Shown: piece after piece, positions 47,480 to 56,179 of the stretch
Layout of the letters: each line of letters opens with the position of its first letter
How positions within the stretch are numbered: position 1 is the stretch's first letter
Source of the DNA: Anaerolineae bacterium
GTDB lineage: Bacteria; Chloroflexota; Anaerolineae; Aggregatilineales; UBA3940
Assembly (NCBI GenBank): GCA_034434995.1
Contig: DAOTYF010000043.1
Coordinates: forward strand, 18,306-82,305
Length of the DNA: 64,000 nucleotides
Direction of reading: 5' to 3'
Notes under the pieces: generated by a model
Told to the model about the DNA's origin: nothing
What the model saw: only the letters and a program-made list of their open reading frames with translations
Databases searched by the model: none
Program-made: the position numbers and the translations under genes

Positions 47480-48597
47480 TGCGGGTAGTCCATATCAGCA
47501 AGGTCGTCGGCATTGCTGGCTCAGAAGGACACCTACTGCGTCTGCTGCCCGGCTTGGCGGGAAAAGGGCTGGAGATACATGCTCTGGTGCTCGAAGAAGC
47601 CCATCGATCTGCCTCTGGCTTTGTTGAGGCACTCGGCAGGCATGGCATTGCAGTCGAGCGGATTCCGATCCGGGGGCATTTCGATCCCACCCTGGGTCGG
47701 CGGCTGACTGAGCGGCTTCGAGCTATCCGGCCAATCTTGGTGCATACTCATCTGCTTCATGCTGACTTGTATGGCCTTCCCGCTGCCAGGCGTGCCGGGA
47801 TTCCCCACGCGATCTCTTCGCGGCACAACGATGACCTGTTTCGGCGCAACGCGATCTGGAAGTGGGTTAACCAGCGCATCATGCAGCACGCCAACCGTGT
47901 GATCGCTATTTCCCATGCCCTGGCGAAGTTCGTCTGCGAGGTGGAGGGGGTTGATCAGGGCAAGGTCGTGACGATACACTACGGCCTTGAAGCGCCACCT
48001 CTCGATCCTGTGGCTCGTTCTACTGCCCGAGCCAAGTTGGGCTATGCAGAGCAGGACATGATCGTGGGGATGTTTGGGCGCCTGATTCGCCAGAAGGGAG
48101 TAGATGTTCTCCTCCGCGCGTTCCCATTGGTGCAACAGGCGCATCCTGCCGCACGCCTGCTCATCGTAGGGGATGGGCCACAACGTCTTACCTTGGAGAG
48201 GTTGGCTGCGGCGCTGGGTTTAACCGGTACGGTGTGCTTCGCTGGCTGGATCGAGGGGGCACGGCGGTTGATGCCGGCCTGTGATGTCATCGCCGTTCCG
48301 TCGCGTTGGGAGGGCTTTGGATTGGTGACGCTTGAGGCTATGAGCTGGGCCTTACCAATCGTCGCCAGCCGGGTCAGTGCCCTGCCGGAGATCGTAGTAG
48401 ATGGCGAAACCGGCCTGCTGGTTCCACCCGATAAAGTGGAGCCGTTAGCAGATGCGATTACGTGCCTACTGGCGGATAAACCCCGTGCGTTGGCTATGGG
48501 CCGAGCGGGATACAGACGGCTGGCGAACTCCTTTTCGGTTGAGAAGATGGTCTGCGCTACACTTGAAGTTTATAAGGGCGTAGTTGGTCAGGAATGA
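47479..48597 (+). CDS. glycosyltransferase family 1 (GT4-type)
   Basis: TGATG overlap with the upstream stop. N-terminus MRVVHISKVVGIAGSEGH; C-terminal motif VPSRWEGFGLVTLEAMSWALPIVASRVS. Confidence 0.9.
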   Translation: MRVVHISKVVGIAGSEGHLLRLLPGLAGKGLEIHALVLEEAHRSASGFVEALGRHGIAVERIPIRGHFDPTLGRRLTERLRAIRPILVHTHLLHADLYGLPAARRAGIPHAISSRHNDDLFRRNAIWKWVNQRIMQHANRVIAISHALAKFVCEVEGVDQGKVVTIHYGLEAPPLDPVARSTARAKLGYAEQDMIVGMFGRLIRQKGVDVLLRAFPLVQQAHPAARLLIVGDGPQRLTLERLAAALGLTGTVCFAGWIEGARRLMPACDVIAVPSRWEGFGLVTLEAMSWALPIVASRVSALPEIVVDGETGLLVPPDKVEPLADAITCLLADKPRALAMGRAGYRRLANSFSVEKMVCATLEVYKGVVGQE

Positions 48598-48609
48598 GCT
48601 GGTTGGACG

Positions 48610-50547
48610 ATGTGCGGTATTGCGGGAATGCTGGCGCTCAAGGGGCAACGCCCTGATGAAACACTGCTGGCCAAGATGGTCTCCACCCTGACCCATCGGG
48701 GACCAGACGACTCAGGCACAGTGGTCGTGGGGCCGTGCGGGTTGGGCAATACGCGCCTGGCGGTCATCGACCTGAGCGAGTCGGGCCATCAGCCTATGTG
48801 TGCAAGACATGGCCTGACTCATAGTCCGGCCCTGCCTTGCCGTGAGGCATGGATTGCCTATAACGGCGAGGTTTACAACTTCGCCGAAGTGCGAGCGGCA
48901 CTGGAGGCTATGCAGCATTCCTTCTTCTCCCAATCCGATACCGAGACATTGCTGCGTGCCTACATCCAATATGGAGCGCCCAATTTTATCAAGCCCTTCC
49001 GAGGAATGTTCGCACTGGCGATCTGGGATGCGGATCGCCAGCGGCTTGTCTTGGTGCGGGATCGGTTGGGTGAGAAGCCGCTGTATTATGCGCTGGACGA
49101 CGAGTGGCTGGTATTTGGCTCCGAGATCAAGGCGCTTCTGAAGCACCCGGCTGTAAAGGTACGTCTGAATGAGGCGGTCATTCCGCACTACCTGGCCTAC
49201 GGATACGCTCCTTCGCCCGAGACTATGTTTGAGGGAATCCGGCAGCTTATGCCTGGTCAGATGATGATTCTCGATCTAGATGATCCGGCAGCAGCCCCTC
49301 ATATCACCTTCGAAACCTACTGGGAACCGCCCTACCCTGCCTCTGGCCCCGACCCACGTAGTGAAGAAAGCATAGCCGATGAACTGCTAGTCCATCTGCG
49401 CTGGGCGGTGCGAATGCGGATGCTCGCCGATGTCCCATTAGGTGCGTTGCTATCAGGCGGCCTTGACTCTGCAGCCGTTGTGGCGCTGATGTCTCAGGTC
49501 AGCGATCAGGCGATCAAGACATTCTCCATTGGGTTTGCCGGTGAGCCTTCATTTGATGAAACCCCTTACGCTCGCCAGGTCGCGGCTCGGTTTGTCACTG
49601 ATCACCATGAATTCATCGTCGAGCCGAATGTGCTCGACCTGATCGAGGAATTGGTATGGCATCATGACCAGCCTTTCGGGGACTCGTCGGCTATCCCCAT
49701 GTATCTGGTTAGCAAGCTGGCACGGCAATATGTAACGGTCGTGCTGACTGGTGATGGAGGGGACGAACTCTTTGCAGGCTATGATCGCTTCCGGGCAGGA
49801 CGCATGGCCCGTGTGCTCGATCAGCTCCCTAAGGTCGCTACTCAAGCCCTCGGGAACGCACTTGACAGGCTACCAAAGCCCACCGGGTACGGGAGCTTCG
49901 TGCGACGCGCTGACCGCTTTATACAGACCGCCAATCTACCCCTATGGCAACGCTACTTGAGTTGGGTGCGCTATGTGCCTGCCAAGTGGGTGATAGCGCT
50001 CCGGGGAGAGGATAGCGAGGCGGCAATCCAAGCCCATTATCAATCGTACTTCACGGGTCGGGCAGATAATGATCGTGATGATGACATCCTGGCTCAGTTG
50101 CTTGATGTGAATCTATGCACGTATCTACCCGACGATCTGTTGGTGAAAGTTGATCGGGCTAGCATGGCCGTTTCGTTGGAAGCCCGAGCGCCGTTCCTAG
50201 ACCATGTCATGGTGCAGTTTGCCGCCGGCATTCCAACCCCGCTCAAATTGCGGCGCGGCACACCGAAGTACATCCTCAAGAAGGCGTTGCGGGGACTTCT
50301 GCCAGACTCGATCATCGACCGCAAGAAACATGGGTTTGGCGTACCGGTCGGGGCGTGGCTGCGCAGGGATTTGGCCAGCTATGCTCACGGCGTGCTCTTG
50401 AGCGATCGGGCGGCTCGGCGTGGTTTCTTCCATCTGGAGGCCATCCGCCAGATGCTACACGCACACATCAGTGGGCAGTCTGATCTGGGCCAGGCTCTGT
50501 GGACGTTGCTTACCTTTGAATTATGGATGCGGCGCTACTTTGACTGA
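48610..50547 (+). CDS. asparagine synthase family glutamine amidotransferase (AsnB-like), copy 3
   Basis: MCGIAGML at the N-terminus and LGALLSGGLDSA PP-loop. 645 aa. Confidence 0.9.
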   Translation: MCGIAGMLALKGQRPDETLLAKMVSTLTHRGPDDSGTVVVGPCGLGNTRLAVIDLSESGHQPMCARHGLTHSPALPCREAWIAYNGEVYNFAEVRAALEAMQHSFFSQSDTETLLRAYIQYGAPNFIKPFRGMFALAIWDADRQRLVLVRDRLGEKPLYYALDDEWLVFGSEIKALLKHPAVKVRLNEAVIPHYLAYGYAPSPETMFEGIRQLMPGQMMILDLDDPAAAPHITFETYWEPPYPASGPDPRSEESIADELLVHLRWAVRMRMLADVPLGALLSGGLDSAAVVALMSQVSDQAIKTFSIGFAGEPSFDETPYARQVAARFVTDHHEFIVEPNVLDLIEELVWHHDQPFGDSSAIPMYLVSKLARQYVTVVLTGDGGDELFAGYDRFRAGRMARVLDQLPKVATQALGNALDRLPKPTGYGSFVRRADRFIQTANLPLWQRYLSWVRYVPAKWVIALRGEDSEAAIQAHYQSYFTGRADNDRDDDILAQLLDVNLCTYLPDDLLVKVDRASMAVSLEARAPFLDHVMVQFAAGIPTPLKLRRGTPKYILKKALRGLLPDSIIDRKKHGFGVPVGAWLRRDLASYAHGVLLSDRAARRGFFHLEAIRQMLHAHISGQSDLGQALWTLLTFELWMRRYFD

Positions 50548-50569
50548 TAAGACACAAAGGGTTCGGAGA

Positions 50570-51514
50570 GTGACACATTATCTGGTAACGGGAGGGGCCG
50601 GGTTTATTGGCTCAAACTTGGTGGCTGCGCTGCTGGAGCGGGGTCACACTGTTCGAGTGTTGGACGACTTTTCTACCGGTAGGCGGGAGAACCTGGCTCC
50701 ATTCATGAGCCGGATTGACTTGATCGAGGGCGATCTCACCCGCCTGAGTGATGTAGTAAGGGCAATGCAGGACGTCGAAGTCGTTCTGCATCACGGGGCA
50801 ATCCCGTCAGTTCCGCGTTCGGTTGAGGACCCACTGGGGGTGAATGAGGCGAACGTCACGGCCACGTTACATGTCCTGGTCGCGGCGCGCGATGCCCGTG
50901 TGCGTCGAGTCGTCTATGCTTCATCGTCTTCGATCTACGGCGATCAGAACCCCGAGGTCGCCAAACTGGAAACCATGGCTCCCAGGCCGATCTCCCCCTA
51001 TGGTGTTGCCAAGATGGCCGCCGAGAAGTACTGCCAGGTGTTTTACGAGGTCTATGGGTTGGAGACGGTGGCTCTGCGCTATTTTAATGTGTTCGGCCCC
51101 CGGCAGGACCCCCAGAGTATGTATGCAGCAGTGATCCCGAAGTTCATTACCGCCATGCTGGCTGGGGAGCGCCCAGTGATTTATGGCGACGGCGAGCAAA
51201 CCCGTGACTTCACCTATGTGGGCAACGTTGTTGCCGGGAACTTGCTGGCCGCCGAGGCGCCGGCAGGGCGAGTTGCGGGGGAAATCTTCAATCTGGCCGC
51301 TGGCGGACAGACTTCCCTTAACGAGCTGATCAAGGTTCTTCAAGAGGTGATCGGCTGTGGCATCGAACCGCAATACGAGGCCGCCAGGCCAGGGGACATC
51401 AGACATTCACGGGCGGATATCACCAAGGCGGTGCAACAGATGGGTTACCGCCCTGCATTTTCCTTTCTTGAGGGGATACGCCTGACTGTAGACTGGTATC
51501 GGGCGCAGGCATGA
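50570..51514 (+). CDS. NAD-dependent 4-epimerase family SDR (UDP-hexose / UDP-HexNAc 4-epimerase-like)
   Basis: GTG 50570 is preceded by GGAGAG. YLVTGGAGFIGSNLV is the Rossmann motif, SPYGVAKMAAE contains YxxxK, and YFNVFGPRQDP is present. Confidence 0.85.
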   Translation: MTHYLVTGGAGFIGSNLVAALLERGHTVRVLDDFSTGRRENLAPFMSRIDLIEGDLTRLSDVVRAMQDVEVVLHHGAIPSVPRSVEDPLGVNEANVTATLHVLVAARDARVRRVVYASSSSIYGDQNPEVAKLETMAPRPISPYGVAKMAAEKYCQVFYEVYGLETVALRYFNVFGPRQDPQSMYAAVIPKFITAMLAGERPVIYGDGEQTRDFTYVGNVVAGNLLAAEAPAGRVAGEIFNLAAGGQTSLNELIKVLQEVIGCGIEPQYEAARPGDIRHSRADITKAVQQMGYRPAFSFLEGIRLTVDWYRAQA

Positions 51515-52728
51515 CGGGAGTGCCTAACCTTTCCTCGGCGGGAGCCGCTCCCATCCGAGTGATGCGCATCATTGCTCGGCTAAATGTAGGTGGCCCAGCG
51601 ATCCATGTCTCGATATTGACTAGAGGACTACGGGATGCAGATTTCTGGACGACCCTTGTCACCGGGGTGATCAGCGAGCAGGAAGGCGATATGAGCTATC
51701 TGGCAAGGGAAATGGGAATCGAACCCCTTGTTATACCCTCTCTGCAGCGCGAAATTTCCCCCCTGGCCGATCTCCGTACGCTGATCGCCTTGATCCGGCT
51801 GATGCGGCAGGAGCGCCCACACATTGTACACACGCATACGGCTAAAGCTGGGTTGATCGGGCGGCTAGCCGCCTATCTGTGCCGTGTGCCGGTGATCGTG
51901 CATACCTTTCATGGACATATCTTTCGGGGTTACTTCGGTCAGGCCCAAACGCAACTTTTCCTGTGGCTGGAGCGCGCTGCAGCGCTGGTATCTGACGTCA
52001 TCCTCACGATCAGTGATGGCCTGCGTGACGACCTGATCGGATACCGGATCGCGCCACCCGACCGCATCCGCGTGCTGCCCCTGGGGCTTGATCTAGATTC
52101 TCTAACCCATCTGGATGGGCTACGCGGGATGCTGCGGCGGGAGTGGAGCATCTCGACAGATACTCCGCTGGTGGGTATTATTGGGCGGCTGGTCCCGATC
52201 AAGAATCACGAATTATTCCTGCAAACAGCCTCGCTTGTCCTCCAGAGAATGCCCCAGACACGTTTCGTAATTGTTGGAGGGGGCGAGCGCCGGGCGGAGT
52301 TGGAGGGGCTGACTGCCCAGATGGGGCTGGCGGATGTCGTGTACTTCACAGGTTGGCGGCAGGATTTGCAGGTTATCTATGCCGATCTGGATGTGCTGGT
52401 GCTTACCTCGACCAACGAGGGTACCCCTGTCTCGATCATTGAGGCAATGGCAGCGGGCGTGCCTGTAGTTGCTACAGCAGTGGGCGGAGTGCCAGATGTG
52501 CTGCGCGGCGGTGAACTGGGAGAAATGACCCCCCCTGGCGATCCTCATGCGCTCGCTGAAGCTATCCTCCGGACACTCCAGCAGAGGAGTGTACAGCGGC
52601 TCCAGGATGCGCAGATGTGGGCACTTGAGCAGTATGGAGTGGAGCGGCTAGTTACTAGCATCCGCACTCTATACCGGGAACTGTTGGCTCAAAAAGCCTC
52701 GAGGAGCAAGCCGCCTGAACCGGTTTGA
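51511..52728 (+). CDS. glycosyltransferase family 1 (GT4-type)
   Basis: ATGA overlap with the upstream stop. IIGRLVPIKN and LTSTNEGTPVSIIEAMAAGVPVVATAVGG are present. Confidence 0.9.
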   Translation: MTGVPNLSSAGAAPIRVMRIIARLNVGGPAIHVSILTRGLRDADFWTTLVTGVISEQEGDMSYLAREMGIEPLVIPSLQREISPLADLRTLIALIRLMRQERPHIVHTHTAKAGLIGRLAAYLCRVPVIVHTFHGHIFRGYFGQAQTQLFLWLERAAALVSDVILTISDGLRDDLIGYRIAPPDRIRVLPLGLDLDSLTHLDGLRGMLRREWSISTDTPLVGIIGRLVPIKNHELFLQTASLVLQRMPQTRFVIVGGGERRAELEGLTAQMGLADVVYFTGWRQDLQVIYADLDVLVLTSTNEGTPVSIIEAMAAGVPVVATAVGGVPDVLRGGELGEMTPPGDPHALAEAILRTLQQRSVQRLQDAQMWALEQYGVERLVTSIRTLYRELLAQKASRSKPPEPV

Positions 52729-52745
52729 ACATCTGGACGGCCCTT

Positions 52746-53780
52746 ATGAGCAAGTTTATCCCCATCATTCTGGCTTCTGGCTTGATCTCATTCGTTGCTA
52801 CCCCCCTGATCCGTAAGCTAGCGCAGTCTATTAACTTCGTTGATAGCCCCAGCGGACGTAAACTGCATATGACGCCAATCCCAATGCTGGGTGGAGTAGC
52901 CATCTATGCTGGCCTGGTGACTGCGATGGCGATCAGCGGGACGCGCCAATATCAGGAAATGATGGGGGTGCTGAGTGGGGCGACGGTCGTGACAGCCTTT
53001 GGCCTGTGGGATGACCGCTACGGGATGCGCCCCCTTGTAAAGTTGTTGGGGCAGATGATCGCAGCGGGCGTCCTGATCGCCTCTGGCGTTCATGTCACCC
53101 TGTTCAGCTCCCAGGCTTTGAATCTGGCCCTGACATTGTTCTGGGTGGTAGGGATCAGCAACGCGATCAACTTCCTGGATAATATGGATGGTCTAGCAGC
53201 AGGGATCACGACTGTTGCTAGTGGTTTTTTCTTTACACTGGCTATCGTGGAGGGCCTTGGCTTGGTTGCCAGTCTGGCAGCAGCGACTCTGGGGGCGTGC
53301 GTCGGATTCCTGTACTACAACTTCAGCCCGGCAAGCTTGTTCATGGGCGATGCCGGGAGTTTGCTGCTTGGCTTTGTGCTGGCTGTCCTCGGCATCAAGC
53401 TCGAATTCACAGGGCGCCCTTTGAATGTGACCTGGATGATCCCTATTGTGATCTTGGCGCTGCCGATCTTTGATACGACTCTGGTTGTCCTCTCGCGCTT
53501 GCGGCGTGGAAAGCCAATTTACCAGGGTGGCAAAGATCATGTCTCCCATCGGCTGATCGCGGTCTTCGGTATGACTCCTTCGCGGGCTGTCTTGACCCTG
53601 TATCTGGCTGCATCGACCCTGGGACTGTTGGCACTCATGTTGCGGGATGCAACCCCGCTTCAGGCTAAGCTCATACTCGGCAGCTTGGCGGCCCTGTTCA
53701 TCGTGGCGTTGATCTGGCTGGAGTGGCGCTTCAGGGGCACGCTCGCCGAAGACACCGACTTCCCCCATACACCCGTATGA
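52746..53780 (+). CDS. polyprenyl-phosphate HexNAc-1-phosphate transferase, MraY/WecA/TagO family (GT4 PNPT)
   Basis: SPSGRKLH, GLWDDRYGM, NAINFLDNMDGLAAG and FMGDAGSLLLGF are present, with about 10 TM segments. TTG 52725 is an alternative start. Confidence 0.9.
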   Translation: MSKFIPIILASGLISFVATPLIRKLAQSINFVDSPSGRKLHMTPIPMLGGVAIYAGLVTAMAISGTRQYQEMMGVLSGATVVTAFGLWDDRYGMRPLVKLLGQMIAAGVLIASGVHVTLFSSQALNLALTLFWVVGISNAINFLDNMDGLAAGITTVASGFFFTLAIVEGLGLVASLAAATLGACVGFLYYNFSPASLFMGDAGSLLLGFVLAVLGIKLEFTGRPLNVTWMIPIVILALPIFDTTLVVLSRLRRGKPIYQGGKDHVSHRLIAVFGMTPSRAVLTLYLAASTLGLLALMLRDATPLQAKLILGSLAALFIVALIWLEWRFRGTLAEDTDFPHTPV

Positions 53781-56176
53781 TTCGCATCCATATTCAGGAA
53801 GAGCAGATCCACCGTTGGGCATTGACGGTGGCGCTGGGCGCTTTCCTTTACTTTGCCTATCTTCTAACCTACTCGGGCATTTTCCGCTCGGACGATGAGC
53901 AGTACATCGTTGACACAACCGATAGCTTCACGGTGCGCTCTGGCCCCGACCGATTGCTGTTGAACGAAACGGTCTACCTGCGCGGCCTCCAGACGACTGA
54001 TGTAGAGCCTGCCCAACCTGTGTTGGCAATGCCGCTATACTGGTTGGCGTATCACATTCCCTGGATAGGGAATGTCCACACCATCTACCTCTTCAATCCC
54101 ATCATTACGACTCTCACTGCCGCTTTGCTCTTCCACTTTGCACTTGACCTCGGATATCGTGAGCGGACGGCCCTGATCGCGGCTCTCCTGTTTGGTCTGA
54201 CCACTATCGTGTGGCCATATACCAAGACGTTCTTCCGTGAACCGCTGACGATGCTCAGTCTGCTGGCTGCGGCCTTCTGCACTCATCGCTGGCGAGAGGC
54301 GTTCTCCGCTCACCAACCGGATCGCTGGATATGGTTGGGGTGTGGCATCGGGGTGATCCTGTTGGCCCTACTCAGCAAAGAGGCAGCCCTGATCGTGCTG
54401 CCTTTTCTCTTCTTCCTCGGCTTCCCAAACTGGGATACCCTCGCGCAGCGGCGACGGGAAGCGGTGATCATTGGGCTTATAACTGGCGTACTGGCGCTGA
54501 TATTTGGGATGGCGATTGCCTACTATCGAGATCAGCTTGAGGCAGTGACCCTTCGCTACGAGATTCCACTGCGGATCCAGGGGTTGCTGGTGGGGTTGCC
54601 TAGTGCATGGTACGCTGCCCTCGGATACCTGGTCAGTCCCGGCAAAGGGATATGGTGGTATTCCCCCGTGTTGGTTCTGGCATTGGGAGGCCCATTTGTC
54701 GTTGGACGCAACCGATGGCGCGAGACCTGGTTGCCATTGGGGCTGACCCTGCTATTTGCGGTGAGCTACGCAGCGATCAAAGGGGAACTGTGGCATGGTG
54801 GGGCGGGCTGGGGAGCACGCTATATGCTACCCCTGACCCCATTTCTGATGTTGGCTTCCCTACCTCTGCTGAGGGAGATTCTTGACAATCGGGCATGGCC
54901 ACCTAGACTGCTTCTAGCCCTGCTGGCTGTTGCAGGTATGGTGATCCAGCTTGGCGGGGTGTACGTGTACCTCCACGACTACTATACTCATCAGCAGAGT
55001 AATACGGGTCTGACTCCTTGGAACGACAATATCATCTGGAGCATCCAGTGGTCCCAGGCAATTGGCAGTCTGCTCTTCATGCCTGAAGCGACCCCCGATC
55101 TGTTCTGGCTCTACCCGCAGCGCGATCTGCTTGCGATTGGTGCCATCCTGGCTGGGATGGCAATCAGTGGCGCAGGGATGATCTGGCTGTACCGATCTAA
55201 AGTGTTACCAGCTAGGCACTTTATCATCGCGGTTCCTGCCATCATCTTGCTGACTGCAGGAATCACCCTGTTCGCCCTGGCGCGAGCCTATGATGATCCG
55301 CGCTTTGAAGGGCATAACACGGACTTGCATGAACTGCGAGCCTACCTCGAAGAGCATGCCGACTCCGATGATGTGATCTTCCTCGCCACACCGCGTTACA
55401 CGCCGTACTTCATGAACTACTACAAAGAACCGGCGATCTGGTATAGCTTGCCGCTATCACCAGGGGAACGCTACAATGAGGATGAGCCGCCAGAAGTTGT
55501 ATCTGACAGTGTAACGGACCTGATCCACCCGATCTCTGTGGGGATGTTTGCACGTGTAGAGGGCAATTCGGGATCGATCTGGCTGGTTGTCGATCATGGA
55601 CCATCTCTGCCCTGGGCAACACGCCCGGCGGAGAGATATCTGGCAGAGACCCGTTACACAGTACGTGCTGTTGACTTCACGCCGCTGATCCGGCTGACAG
55701 AGTTCCTCCCGCTGACTGCTCCGACCATTTCAGATGTGCCTTCGCAGCGGGTCGAAGCGCGGTTTGGCGAGGCGATGGAACTGGTCGGGTACGATCTCGT
55801 TGTTCACCCCGGAGAGAGCTCGTTGGGCCATATTCAGCCGGGGGACATGCTGGGGGTTTCGTTGTTGTGGCGGTCGCTTGAACAGACACCTATAGATTAT
55901 ACGGTCGCGGTCTATCTGATTGATATCAGAGGCCAGATTGCCCTGCAGCAGGATCGATCCCCCGTAGGTGGCTTTGCGCCTACCAGCCAATGGGAACCTG
56001 GTGAGCTTATCCGGGATAATTTCGGCTTTGTGCTACCTGAGACGCTGCTGCCAGGAGAGTACGAGCTGTGGGTGACCGTCTATAGTTGGCCTGAGCTGGA
56101 GAGACTGGCAGTGACCGGGATTGATGGCACATCCTGGGGGGATCATTTGATACTGGGTAGTATTCTTGTCCACTGA
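53777..56176 (+). CDS. large GT-C membrane glycosyltransferase-like protein with C-terminal beta-rich soluble domain
   Basis: ATGA overlap with the upstream stop. The first loop reads FRSDDEQYIV, LLSKEAAL is present, and there are more than 12 TM segments. The C-terminal domain is homologous to the repeats in the convergent pseudogene. Confidence 0.7.
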   Translation: MIRIHIQEEQIHRWALTVALGAFLYFAYLLTYSGIFRSDDEQYIVDTTDSFTVRSGPDRLLLNETVYLRGLQTTDVEPAQPVLAMPLYWLAYHIPWIGNVHTIYLFNPIITTLTAALLFHFALDLGYRERTALIAALLFGLTTIVWPYTKTFFREPLTMLSLLAAAFCTHRWREAFSAHQPDRWIWLGCGIGVILLALLSKEAALIVLPFLFFLGFPNWDTLAQRRREAVIIGLITGVLALIFGMAIAYYRDQLEAVTLRYEIPLRIQGLLVGLPSAWYAALGYLVSPGKGIWWYSPVLVLALGGPFVVGRNRWRETWLPLGLTLLFAVSYAAIKGELWHGGAGWGARYMLPLTPFLMLASLPLLREILDNRAWPPRLLLALLAVAGMVIQLGGVYVYLHDYYTHQQSNTGLTPWNDNIIWSIQWSQAIGSLLFMPEATPDLFWLYPQRDLLAIGAILAGMAISGAGMIWLYRSKVLPARHFIIAVPAIILLTAGITLFALARAYDDPRFEGHNTDLHELRAYLEEHADSDDVIFLATPRYTPYFMNYYKEPAIWYSLPLSPGERYNEDEPPEVVSDSVTDLIHPISVGMFARVEGNSGSIWLVVDHGPSLPWATRPAERYLAETRYTVRAVDFTPLIRLTEFLPLTAPTISDVPSQRVEARFGEAMELVGYDLVVHPGESSLGHIQPGDMLGVSLLWRSLEQTPIDYTVAVYLIDIRGQIALQQDRSPVGGFAPTSQWEPGELIRDNFGFVLPETLLPGEYELWVTVYSWPELERLAVTGIDGTSWGDHLILGSILVH

Positions 56177-56179
56177 GCT

